From Selaginella moellendorffii (taxonomy: Eukaryota > Plantae > Lycopodiophyta): a stretch of DNA of 64,000 nt. This document shows positions 25,500 to 37,919 of this stretch, in pieces. The stretch spans positions 1 to 64,000 of the forward strand of contig NW_003314333.1 of the NCBI RefSeq assembly GCF_000143415.4, read 5' to 3'. The notes under the pieces were generated by a model. That model was given only the letters and a program-made list of their open reading frames with translations. It did not search any database and was not told where the DNA came from. Position 1 is the stretch's first letter; every line of letters begins with the position of its first letter. Both the position numbers and the translations under genes were made by a program.

Positions 25500-26810
25500 T
25501 TACATTGAGGAACCTCGCAACCAAGAGCTTGCAATCGCCCAACAATCCATCTCTCTCACCTGGAGCAACACATACAAGAGTATGGCACAAACACATCCCA
25601 CTGCGAGATTGGATGCCTGCGAGATGGCAATGCAGCAGTCCCTCCTACTAGTTTGATCTGGGCACGCCATCGCCAGCTCCACCCCGGAGAAGAGCAGCAA
25701 GATCCCCAGCAGTCCCACTGGAAAAGCTGGCAGAATTCTCACCAGTGAGCCCCCCAAGAGAAGCCCCAGCACAAGCTTGCCACCGCTACCCCACTCGTGG
25801 CTCCGAAACGATACTGCCCGGCCAGTCCTCCAGCGCCATGGCAAACCAGGAGAGCTCCAAACCAGCAGCCCACCAAGTTCATGAGCCCCACGCTCACCGA
25901 GACTTTGGTCGGAGTCACGGCGTCCTTCTTGGCCGGGAAGAGATCGCTCAAGAGCTTGCAAACCGCCACCACCGAGTTGAGGATAGTGAGAGGGAGCTGC
26001 GGGATGGCAGCTCTCACAAACCGTCTTCCAGTCGTGGGAAGAGATTCGAGTGATCCGTGGCATGGCCGGGCCAAACTGGAGCTCCTTGAGAATGTGTGGC
26101 CTCCTCACGAATGCAGGATGATCCCGAGCACGAACACTGCCAAGGCAGCCGGGATCCTCTGGAAAAACTTCACGAGCTTTGACAATCTCGCTTGATGTTC
26201 TTCACGGTGCTCTTCATGATCATTGTGATGACGATCACCTTCACTGTTCGTCACAAAGTACTCGTAGCCCTCGCCGGATCCATTCACCAGCACGATGAAT
26301 GCGAAGCAAATCACTGCGAGGAGAATTCCATCCAAGCCCAGCTGTGGTCGATCACCCATTGCCTTGTCCCTTGATCCTTCATCACGTACTTGACAGCCTT
26401 GACCGCGAAAGAGCCCATGCACAAGCTGGATGCCACGAACCACCGGCAATGGCACGATCCAAGCCACGACCTGTGATCAAGCCCATGGTTCCAAGCACAA
26501 ACACGATCACAGACACAGTGATCCCCGCGGCCATGATCTCATCCACACTGAGATGCTTGGATTCGGTGAAGGCCACCGCCGCGATGGATTTCATGGGCTG
26601 GACAGGCATTGGCACGCCAAAGAGCACGCTGGTGAGAACGTTGTAGATGCCCGTGGCGATGAGAGACCAAGATCCATGCCATTGACGAGAGCTACAGCCA
26701 TGACGATCGGGATGAATGTGCCCAGGTCGCCCAGCGAGCCGCTGAGCTCCTGCCATGGCCGCCTGCACTGGAGATTGCTGCGCAGCCCTGTGCCATCACT
26801 GCGCCACTGA
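25500..26810 (-). pseudogene. Molybdate transporter (MOT1 family) pseudogene, near full length but lacking the ATG region and frameshifted
   Basis: GSLGDLGTFIP, PMPVQPMKSIAA, PQLPLTILNSVVAVCKL, GLMNL, CHGAGGLAGQYRFGA, GILLLFSGVELA motifs in several frames. Confidence 0.88.
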
Positions 26811-27054
26811 CCTCCAAGAACCCTAAATTTATATAGTCGGCTCTTGTATTTTACCAAGCGACCATTGGAAATGAGCAAAGAATTTTCTCTTTAATCATAC
26901 ATGATGATCTGTCAAAGAATACCCTCTTTAATCACGAGGACACAGAATCTACACTCACACTAGTTTCAAACAAAATTGCTACTATTTGCTAGTAGAATTC
27001 CTAGAATCTACACTTAAAGCTTGTTCTAGCACAACACCATGAGATCTTTGTCCT

Positions 27055-27490
27055 CAATTTCTAGACTTTGCTCCCAGCAAGCACATCCAATCCACTGAAA
27101 CTGGCTTGTAAGGCATGCTCCTCACAAGTTCCTCGGCCTCTTCCACACACCCAGCTCGCCCCAAGCAATCCACCATGCAGCAGTAACCTTGCCTCGATCC
27201 TTGGTAGTGGCGAGATGCCCTTCTTGGGCGTGCGCCAAGAACATAATGACCCACAAGTGGCAATCACGTCGCTCCATGGAGTCAAACACTGCTAGCGCGC
27301 GCTGGATCTTGCCCAGCTTGCCATACCGAAGGATGATGAGATTGGAGAGGTAGTAGCAATCGCCAGGCAGCATTTGCTTCTGGGCGATCTCGATCCGGGA
27401 ATGGGCATCGATCGCCTGCAAGGAATTGGTCGCGGAAGTGATGAGATCCACACACTCGGACTTGGACAGCATCAGTTTCTCTCGACACCG
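27055..27490 (-). pseudogene. Internally deleted PLS-class PPR fragment (duplicate of 8255-8690)
   Basis: YGKLGKIQRALAVFDSMERRD and YCCMVDCLGRAGCVEEAEELVRSMPYKP motifs. Confidence 0.78.
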
Positions 27491-27877
27491 AAGCTAGCCT
27501 CTCACGAGATTAGAGAGAAGGGAGAGATTAGGGAAATTCTCGATGGCATCCTTCCAAAGTAGCGCTTCCCGGATCCCCTAGCTTGGTTTGTTCATTCTAG
27601 TGAGCCAACCCATTGCAAAGAGCTTTTCCTAGCTGCCTTCAAACAGTTTCCTTAGGCACTATAGATAGGAATAGAAATAAAGTGTGTAACTTGTGAACCT
27701 TAAAGTGAAATAAAAATGACATTACAAATATGGCAATAGCTAAGCAAACATCTAAACGCAGTTTTGCAAGTGTTTGGGGAGCAATCTTGTTTGAACATTT
27801 ACCCCAAAGATGAATTGGCAAGTAAGATTACTCACCTAGACACCTAAAGTAGTAAGAAACAAATGCATATAAATGAA

Positions 27878-28466
27878 TAGCATGAGGCCTCATGCCAAGA
27901 AAATGACTTCATCCCTCCATAATACCTTAATCCAATCTACAAATAGATGGTCCAACCTCACACAAAAACATTAGTGTGAGGCCTCACACCAAGAAAAAAG
28001 GCCCACCCACCTCCTTTAGCTTAGTTTCTCGACACCAATCTCTCTTGCATGCATGTTTATTGCATAAGTGAATAAGATTGTCATCAAGAAACTGAGATAA
28101 ATATCACAAGCAATCTAAGTGTGAGGCCTCATACTAGTAATCTTCATCAACACATTGTGACTGGACTCATGCTTAAGGATTAGCATGAGGCCTTATGCTA
28201 AAGTGCTAAAAAGATTTTGGTTTGTCTAGTTTCTTGATGGTAATCTTGCTCGAATGTCTGTCCATGGGACAAGTAATATTATTATCAAGGAATTGGCAAA
28301 CACACCCCATCCATTCCAAAGTGTGAGGCCTTATGCTAATAACCTCCTATAGAATTACCTCCACTACCCCTTTCATACACCCCATCCATTCTTGAGTCCT
28401 CTTACTATTAACCTCCTATAGAATTACTTCCATTACCCCTTTCACTTAGCATGAGGCCTCACACTA
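27878..28466. repeat. Cluster of six 18-20 bp palindromes AGYRTGAGGCCTYAYRC
   Basis: Copies at 27878, 27972, 28118, 28181, 28320 and 28447. Confidence 0.8.
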
Positions 28467-29913
28467 GGATCCATTCTCTCCCATTTCAAAAATATTTTAA
28501 GTAATTCTAATAAGTTCTTTCATATTTCTAGGCCCAGCAATCTAAAACACTTCTACATGAGTCCATCAGAGTGAAAAGAGGCTGCAACTCCACACAACCA
28601 CAAAAGTGGACATTAGAGATACAAAATGATGATCTAGTGTTGGTGGATCTTACCAACCCAAACAGTCCAATAGTCTATGGGATTGTCATCAAAGAAGAGG
28701 AGATTCCTAACAAAGACATGAACAGGGAAGGAGTGCCATTTATATGGAGCTTCAAAAGACATTCATCAGGAATATTGTTCAAAACTCAGAGTTTATTCCG
28801 TCAACTATAATATAGTCTGCAGAGAAGGAATTGATACAACCTTCACTGCTTATGGAATCCTCAAGGATAGACTAACCTTGTCAAGGGCATTGTTGTTGTG
28901 GACAGTCAACAATAGGATTCTAATTGAGAGACTTTTTGATTAGAGGGAAATAGAAGAATTGGAGCATCCATTCCATGACCTCTCCAATTACAATCCAAAT
29001 GATAGACATAATGTCGATCAAGTTGTTGATGATAAACATACATAAGCAATACATCCTTATTAACATCAACGTCCAATGATTAGGAGAGTGAGGACGATGA
29101 AGACAAGGTACAACACAATGATATGAAGAGGATAATAGTGAGACAAAAAGTGACAAGTGATGAAATTCAAGACAAGAGTCCTTCCTCATCATGAAAAAAA
29201 GAAGAAAATGATGATGAACCACCACAGAAGAGGATTAGATGTGAACTTTGGAGCAAGGTTGCAAGCAATAATGCATGGATGAGCCAGGGACAAAAACCTC
29301 CATACAAGCAAGAAAAAAAAGTGTCACACAATAAATAAACCAAGAGATGGTAGAAATGAAGGCTCCAAAGAGAGGAGCAAAAGGGTGAAATGATGACAGC
29401 ACAATTACAACAATAGGGGTGAAAAAAAAGACCAGTGTCGACAGGACACCCTTGTTGAAGTACAAGCACTACTACTTCAATGATCAAACAATCTACAAAC
29501 TCCTAATGTCTTGGTGCATCATTGATGCAGCTCTTTGTCCATGATGCCCTCAAGGAGCTGATGATTGTACAGGAGAACTCAATGGATCTAGGTGATGCAA
29601 ACCCAATCACTATAGACAAGGATGGTTGGACATTTGTCGAAAGGATAGGCAAGGAAACAACAAAAAATCCAACAGTCAAATTCATTGTCATGTCTAGGCA
29701 GCACTTGACAAAAGCAATGCAAGAGATCTCTTTTGATCTGATATACATAAAGAAGATGCAGGCAAAATTCTCAATATGATACATTTAGATCATGAAGGGG
29801 TCAACACCACAGGATACCATTATTGAGATATTCAATCTTGTGAACACAAAGGCAAAGAACCAGCACAAGAGTAGCCTCAATGACAAGCTTGTACATAGTT
29901 GCCACAACTAGGA

Positions 29914-31511
29914 TGTAAGTGACTAATTTTTCCATTCTATTTTAATTATTTAACCACATCTTCGACCACTTGGAGGAGTTTTATTTACAACCTCCATAAG
30001 TTCCAATTCAGGATTTGGGACTTGCTAGCCCCGAGAATGGCATCCATGCCACTCAACCTTTGGACTTGGTCCAAGTGCTCCACATGTCCGGTCCCATGAT
30101 CAACACCCTAAGGTACTATCGACATACTAGCTCGTTACACTAAGGCCATGCTTATTTACCTTGGTCACACAGGTGGTCCAACACTACTTGCATCGTAGTT
30201 CTGTCTTTCAAAGACTGGGCCATATGTTCATGAAAGACCATCTAAAATCCATTCCCTAGTATCTTTAAGATGCCTATAGATATGAGGAACAGCCTTCCCC
30301 AATATCCCTTTTACAGTCCCCACTAAGTCCCTTTTCTGTCCATGGTTGTGTTCGCCAACACTGCCACTGGAACAAAGCTCACAAGCCCGACCACTAAGTC
30401 CCACTGTCCTTTAGAACTTCCTCACCATATGACCATATCCTTGGTCACTACACCAGAGGACCACTCCTCTTCTTTTTCATAGTCTAGGACTTTGGGACAA
30501 TATTTTGGAACATCATGGCCCTATGCAAGCCTCATGGGTACTCTCCCCACCTTCTACTTTTAAGTGCTCTAGCTATGGGCTTAGAATGAGGTTCCGTTGA
30601 GCCATGCCAGGTATCCAAGTAGGTAGTGCCACCCACGCTTAGACTGGGAGTATCGACCATTCAATCTCCCGGGGGAACTAGAGCCGGCTCTTGAACACTT
30701 TACCAAGTTACCCTGCTTATCAATTCGTATTCACTTTAGCTTTAGATTTCTCAGTGGTTATCTCATCACCCAACAGCTAGGCATGGCTTTCTTGGGCCAA
30801 ACTGGCCTTTCCTGGCCAAACTAGCTCCACTGGGGTCCAACCCCCACACTCTCCCTACTATACTTTTGGAATCCCCCACACGCCCCCCCCCCCCTGGGGG
30901 ATGATCACTTTGGGCTTTCACCCAATAGCCTGTATTAGTATTCGGACCTAGACTTGGACTCGGACTCAGTCTCAGTCTCAGATTTGGACTCGGTCTCAGT
31001 CTCGGACTTGGTCTTGGTCTCGGTCTCGGTCTCAGTCTCGGTCTCAGTTCCATCTCGGACTCCATTTCGGACTCTATCTCGGGTCCATCTTAGCTTCCAT
31101 CTCGGGTCCATCTTGGACTCCATCTCGACTCCATCTCGAACTCCATCTCGGACTCCATCTCAGGTCCATCTTGGACACCATCTCGGGTCCATCTCGGACT
31201 CCATCTCGGGTCCATCTCGGACTCTATCTCAGGTCCATCTTGAACTCCATCTCAGGTCCATCTCGGACTCCTTCTTGGACACTTCCATATGTTATGTGTT
31301 GGTCCTTTTGTGTCCCTTTTCTAGAGACTCACTTATTGCTCACTTCATGTTTGTTCCTCAAGCACTTCGTTGGGAGTTCCACTCCTATTCTCAACTTTTT
31401 AAGTTGGAGCTTTTAGTCCAAACATGTTATGCTTATTTAGCTCTCACTTCAGCCACTACCACGTGGCACCCTTTTGGCTCCACTTTGGGGCTTAAGGATT
31501 TGTGTCTCACA
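29914..31511 (-). mobile_element. LTR of family X, probably a 3' LTR (purine-rich tract upstream on the minus strand)
   Basis: Reverse complement of 16440-17945 + 23479-23683; TG..CA ends. Flanks (tagga/actcc) do not form a TSD. gggtggtggagt precedes it on the minus strand. Confidence 0.82.
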
Positions 31512-32292
31512 ACTCCACCACCCATAGATGAATTTTGATGTCCTCATTGAACGATAAATTATTTTATAAAGTAATATTAGTATGTATTACCCTTTCCATC
31601 TTTGGCACCTAGCCAATATTTGCCAATGGTTTGACACCAAAGGCTCATCATGCCTTGTCCATCCTCCAAAAAGCATAGTTTCTCTAACATAAAGACTCGA
31701 TCGACCACCTATGGTGGTTCTCTCCCTTTCATTAGTTTAGTTTTTGCTAAACTTGCTTGAGACTCTTCCTCTATCTCAATCCCATTACTTATTCTCGAGT
31801 AGTCTCAACTTTTATTGATATAACCATTCCACTTCAGAACTTTTGACAAAAATTCAACAGTCAAAAGGGAAACTTTGTTACATCCATGGACTTAGTTTAA
31901 TATGCCAACTATAAGAGCAAGAAATCTAAAAGATATCAATCAAATGAAGTACCTACATGGCTGCTTGTAAATAATCAAATAGAAGAGAAAGAAATGTTTT
32001 AAGAGAGACACCTAAGCTCAGGCTAAATACATATATATGGATTTACTATATATGACTATACATGAATTTAAAATAACTGAAATAATAATAATTATGACTT
32101 TTTAAACCAAATTTCTTAAATAAACTTAAATATGGATTGTTGTGCACTCAACATCGTCAACACATTATCTATGCCGTTTCCCTTACTGTCACCAATAGAG
32201 AATCCAGTCACCTACCAAAGGAAAACCAGAATCATAAGACTCGCTTTGTATCAAAGTCTAGCTGAATCACACCTGGAAAGCCTCCTTTACCA

Positions 32293-34959
32293 CTAAATAC
32301 TGGTGGTATGCCTTACAGCTGCAATCTGCTCGATCATACCAAAATTGGAGCCGATAATAACACTTGAGGCATATATATCCATCGGATTAGACTTTTGATA
32401 TGAGAGAGCTGATGAATTGTCCTTGTCTGAGAAAAATACATATCCAAAGTTTGTTCGAGCATACTCTACAAAAAACAAAAATTAAAAATAAACGAAAAAT
32501 GTATAACGTATGGACTTACTTTCATCGCCAGGCTGCTCATTGTCCTTGATAGCAATCAGTCTTCGGACATCACTCTTAAGATTTCGAACGACTTCCGACC
32601 AATCCGCAATGGCTGGCTTAAGAGGGTCTCCAGAGCACTTGCTTTGGATGTACAAAAGAAATGGCTCCAAATCAATGCCTTTTACTTCCTCGAGTATCAG
32701 GAAGGTATCAGCCCCGCTGTTCCAAGGTCCACAGATGGCCCAAGTCCCTGACCTTTGAACCTCCTCCTTTGAGCCTGGACTACTGTGTTTGATCCGAAAC
32801 CAAAAAACTAAAAACAAGAACATACCTGGACTCAGTTGCTTGATTGAAACTGGAAAAGTGGGGAACCTGAACTTTCGGTTCTTCAGATTGTCAGGGATGT
32901 ACCAATCGCAAGGCAACACATCCACCAGCATGAAGGTGTCTGAACCCCCCGATAGTAACTGCAAATAACATGTTAGTAACCGAGACTATGAAAGACTATG
33001 AACGTAGAATTCACATACCTTATGAATGTAGATGCTGAAGATCAGAGACAACGAATCGTTGTCTTCCTTCTGCTTCCAATCATCCGTTGACATTGTTGTC
33101 AAATCAAAAGTTGTAGAGCCAAAAAGGTCCTCCCGCTGGAGTGTTAGCTTATGCAGTAACACAGGTGAAAACTCCACCAGAGCCTTTTCTTCGTCAAGAA
33201 CCACAGCCACTACTCCACAACTCTCCAGAGCTTCCCATGTCAAAACATTCTCTCTTGGAAAGGCCTGCAGCAGAACCGGTCCATTCCTTGAGACATGCTC
33301 ACGAAGCATCGATGCTTGAATTGCTCGTAAGAGATAAGAAAATCTCTCATCCCCGGCAAAGCCATTGTAATATTTAAATCTTCTGCATAGGCTCCACACA
33401 CGATCCAGAATCTGCCTTACTTTGTCTCTCAGGAAGGGCTCCTGAATTCTCAGCGCAAGGTTGTCAATGTCAAGGGCCATGTCTGGGTCATCTGAAGCCA
33501 AAGCCTGAACCATGAAGGTAATCAACCTCGGATTCCCTCCGCTCAGCTTGCACAACAGCTGCATGCCATCATTTAAAGCGTGAAGTTCTTCACGGTTTGA
33601 AGTCCTCAGCACCTTGTTAAAGACTTGCAACACCAGCTTCTCCCGATCGCTGCTGCTGAGAGGGTTGACAGGAATATAAATCACTTCAGATGATCCATTG
33701 TCACCGCTCTCTCTCAAAGATGCCGCTGTGAAAAGGTTGGTCGCTCCGAGCATAGTGACAAACGTTTTGCCACCCACGTTCCTGTGCTTCCAAACTATGA
33801 ACTCCCGAAACAGTTTCTGAACAAGGACGTTGCTCCTCCCAATCTCATCAAAGAAGAACGACAGGAAAATGTTTTGGTCTCCGAGCTCGCAGACTTCTCG
33901 CAACAAAGCTATCACGTCATCAAACAGGAGGAACTTCTTCAAATCAGGTGCTTCGGCATCAACAACAGCGACAAGCTCTTGGTAAGGAAAGCGCGTCCAA
34001 GTCCCAGTATCTTTTCTGATGTCATCTTGGCCATCTGCTCTAGAAACAGCTGCATGCAAAGTCCTCAGGGCCAAAACCTGAGCATCACCCAGCCCGGCCT
34101 CGCCATGAAAAGTTGAAATAAAATCATGGTACATGAGCACGTCGAGATGTTCAACGGTGCTCATCATGGCATCCCACGGTCGCACCTCATCGGTTGATGT
34201 ATCGAAAAGTGAGGCAAGTTCTTGAATCCTTAGCCATGGATCACTCCGTTGCCTTCTCATCTCAATGAGTATTTGTGGGAGTGCCTTGCCAAGGGATGTT
34301 TTTCCCGCACCTGGGAATCCAACCACACCCATTATATGGTGGAGGCGCCTAAACACATCCCAGTCTGTGTGTTGACTGCTCATGAATTGCTTGTACAACA
34401 GCCAGTTACCCCTGAGCAAAGCATCCACAGTCTTCTCTCGTCCAACAATGGGAAACTGCTGCCCGATGTCCTTCAGAGACAAGCCAGTTGGCAAAGAAGA
34501 TAATGAATCCCTTTCAAGGCATTTTCTGTACATGCGGGCATGCTTAAGACGAGGTCCAAAGAGCTCCTTCAGCTTGGCAATCCGATCACGGGCGTTTGAC
34601 CAAACAACTCCACTAGAGGGAATGAGCTGCTGACGGAGCTGCTTCTCCTTCTCCATCCAGTGCTTCTGAAGCTCACGGAGCTGGTTCTCCTTCTCACGGA
34701 GCTGCTTTTTCTCCTCCATCCAGTGTTTCTGAAGCTCACCCTGCGTGGAATCCACCTTCTGGTCAGCGCGCTCCACCTTCTGCTCAACCTGCTCAATCGC
34801 TTGTTGCACGGCCCTGATCTCCGATTCCACTTCCTCAATCTGCTGCTGAATCGATCGCTCAGGCCCATCCGCCCTTTGCCGCTTCCCAGCCCTGATATCT
34901 GATTCCAATTCTTCCCCATCCGCCCTTGGCCGCTTCCCATGAGACTGCTCTCGCACCAT
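32293..34959 (-). CDS. Crinkler/RHS-type (CR) protein: N-terminal coiled coil, P-loop NTPase, C-terminal PD-(D/E)xK-like nuclease; exons approx 34959-33019, 32958-32826, 32774-32520, 32465-32293
   Basis: 647-codon first exon with W..E.KQLR repeats, IVGRE, Walker A GFPGAGKT, Walker B FFFDE and GGNPR. In-frame GT-AG introns of 60, 51 and 54 nt. NSGADTF...LYIQSK nuclease-like motif. Confidence 0.8.
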
Positions 34960-35199
34960 GGCGGAACCCTAACCTAGGTACTCTGATTTTTAGGGTTCTA
35001 GCCGTAGAATGGGACATTGTGCGAGGCGAGCTTCGACTGCATTCGATGTGAGGTTGGTAGAAAACACCTGAAACTGCCATTGAGGTATGTTCAGCTGAAT
35101 CTGTGAAATGGTGTAGACTTTACTGAGTTTACCTGCATTCGGGCAGGTAAACTGGAGTAGGTTCACGTAGAAAAGAACTAATGTTGACTACTCATTCAG

Positions 35200-36770
35200 A
35201 GCGGCAGTGAGTATATGGCAGGACAGCTTCAGGCTTATGGCCATCTCGGACTCTCCTCAGAGAGCTGATCTTTGGCTGATCAACACGTAAGTTCAGTATC
35301 AGAAGGAAGAATCTTAAGCTGGATCAATTGTTGCTGCTGTTTTATTCGCAGGTGTACTGTGAAAGCTCCGACAATGGAAACACTGATATGTAAAGGCAAA
35401 GCAGCCTCTATTCCCTTGGTGGATAGCTGGATGCGTTCCTCAGGGTTTAAAAGATCTCGAAGCTGTCAGCGTCATCGGAGTGCAGCAAATACAGCGGGGG
35501 AGACTTTGAAACGCCACGAGGCCCGGCTGCTTCGACGGGATGCTTTACCGCTCTTGATTTGCCAAAAGTTTATAATCTCTTTTGCTGTTGTGTTTTCAGG
35601 TTCGTAAGAACAAGTTTGTCGAGATCATTCCTATCAACGTTGGCTGCTTGGGTGCTTGCACATACTGCAAGACGAAGCATGCTCGCGGGCATCTTGGCAG
35701 CTACACAGTAGACACACTAGTAAGGACCTTCGCCAGTTTCTTTTCTCTGTTACTGAGCTTTATCTACAGGTGCAAAGATTGAAAACCGTGGTGTCTGAAG
35801 GTGTGAAGGAGATATGGCGACACTGGAGCTTACGGTTATGGTTATCTGTTTCAAGCTGGCATTTTTTATTTACTTTTTTCTTTCTTTGCACTACAGGACG
35901 AGACATTGGAGCAAATATACCAGCGCTTCTACGTGCTTTAGTTGCCGCGCTTCCTCATAGACAGAAGTACAATGCTTCGAATCTACATCTTACAGCATCT
36001 GGAGGAAATGGCTGTCACCCCTGCGTGTATTTGTTCCTTCATGTTCTGGTTCAATCTGGAAGGGACTCGGTGTTGCAGGTACCGATGTTCTGGGTGATTG
36101 TTTTGTCTCTGTAAGCTGTTTTCTGTGTTCTTCAGGGCATGAAGAGGGAGTACACGTTTTCCGAGTTTAGAAAAATTGTGGATACTCTCACAAGACTAGT
36201 CCCAGAGGTTCATATCGCTACAGATATTATCTGTTGATTTCCAGGTACACTCGCATGCATGAAAAAGATTGTATCTTATTGAGCTTTTATCCTTGTCAGG
36301 AGAAACATCAGAGGATTTTGACAGGATCATGGAACTAATACGAGAGTACACGTTCCCACAGGTCCACATATCACAGTTTTACCCTCGACCAGGTAGGTAA
36401 TCTCTGTACATGCTACTGAATGGTTCGCTCTGTCACTAGTGTTTATTCTGTCAATATCCTTAGACAGGAACACCAGCGGCTCTAATGAAACGGGTTCCAA
36501 CGCTCGAAGTGAAGAAACGAAGCCGTTCCTTGACAAGTCTGTTCGAATCGTTCACTCCTTACGCAGGAATGGAGGTAAAACGTACCGAGTCTGGGTCACC
36601 AACACTGCTGCTGATGGAATTCATCTGGTATTCTTTCTTTTGTTCTACGTCTCTACAGGTTGGCCTGTGTACAAGTTCTACTTCCAGCTGTACCGGGCCT
36701 TCTTGGAAGCAAGTTAATGTGAAGATTACGTCTGTCGGAAGATGGTCTGTGACTGGTGAGTGGCGAACCA
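35200..36770 (+). pseudogene. tRNA methylthiotransferase (CDKAL1/MtaB-type radical SAM) pseudogene retaining introns
   Basis: [39 protein letters not shown] (CxxxCxxC), IATDIIC*FPGET, VKITSVGRWSV (TRAM domain); stops and frameshifts present. Confidence 0.88.
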
Positions 36771-37797
36771 GATTCCACTCCTGGAGACGATGCTGAGAAA
36801 GTCGGATGCGAGCAGCGGTAAGGAATGCGATCCTCGGGGAGTTCCTGAGAAAGAGATCCCGAGTCCAGGCATCACATTTTCGTTTGTTGAAATTCACCAG
36901 GATCAGAAGCGGCCGGCTCTGTGGTCACTCTTGTGGCTTTCTTTACACACTCCAGAAGAAAACAAGCTCAAGGACGAGTCTGTGCAACGCTCGCACAAAC
37001 TCGACTGGGCGCAACTGGGAGCTCCAACCAGAGTCCAATCTCCGCTATCCCAGACGAGGTGTCTTTACGTCAATGACGGCGAGAGACTTATCTTCATCAA
37101 GACAAGTTTGCAAGCACTGGTACGCTCTGTGTTCATCAGACTGTCTGTGGGAGAAATTCGTCGGCTCAAGTCAAGCCAACTTACCAAGGTACGTGCCTCC
37201 TGACTATACTATTTTCTGGAATTTTTGTTTTCCTTGCTTAAACGTTGAATTTTGCAGATGGCTGGTGCATAAGCACAGCACGCTATTGTCGTCTCGAAGC
37301 ACTCGCGTTTTATATTTCACGAACAGATACATGTTTCTGATTCAAGCCTTGGATGCATGGTGGGAACACGGGATTTACAGCTCCTCTAAGCTGTGTCCTC
37401 TTATATGAGAGCTTACACTGCGCGACTGGTGCGTATTCTATGAAGTGCTAAGCTCCGCTTTTGCGAATCGTGCAGATTTCCTATCTGCCTCACTTCTGCC
37501 AAAGCTTCACGGCAGATTGAATCTGTACGACCTGGAAGGTGTGTGTTTGGATGACGGAGTCACTGGGATGAAAATCTGGAAGGTGCTGCGTGACCTCTGA
37601 CAGCGTTATATCTCATGGGTGAAAGTTTGCCTTCACTGCTCGGACCTGAATTATGCAGTCTCACTCGAGAGAGTCTGGTAAGTGGCATTCCCGCTGGCTG
37701 TTGGATCCTCCACCGTTGGATCGTACAGATCTAACAGCTCAAACGCTCAGCCTTTGAGTTGCCAGAAATTTCTAAGTCCTAGCACTTGGTTTTTTGG
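35293..37797. repeat. Left arm of large inverted duplication (right arm 61524 to >64000)
   Basis: Near-identical reverse complement; identical 200-aa translations at 36806-37408 (+) and 61884-62486 (-). Confidence 0.97.
37050..37680 (+). pseudogene. F-box-like gene fragment
   Basis: RDLSSSRQVCKHWYALCSSDCLWEKF resembles the C-terminal half of an F-box motif and is followed by short introns. Confidence 0.55.
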
Positions 37798-37919
37798 TTA
37801 GACACCCCGCGGTGTTGCAATCTGGCGAGATCGCTTCTCTGGCGTCTTGTGCGGCCCAGCTCCCCTGACTCAAGTCCGGCACAGCAAATGCCCCACAAAG
37901 GGTTTTTGGCCCCCCTTGG

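Noticed and set aside
27878-28466. CRISPR-like repeat-spacer array
   Set aside because: Eukaryotic context, irregular spacer lengths, degenerate repeats and no cas genes.
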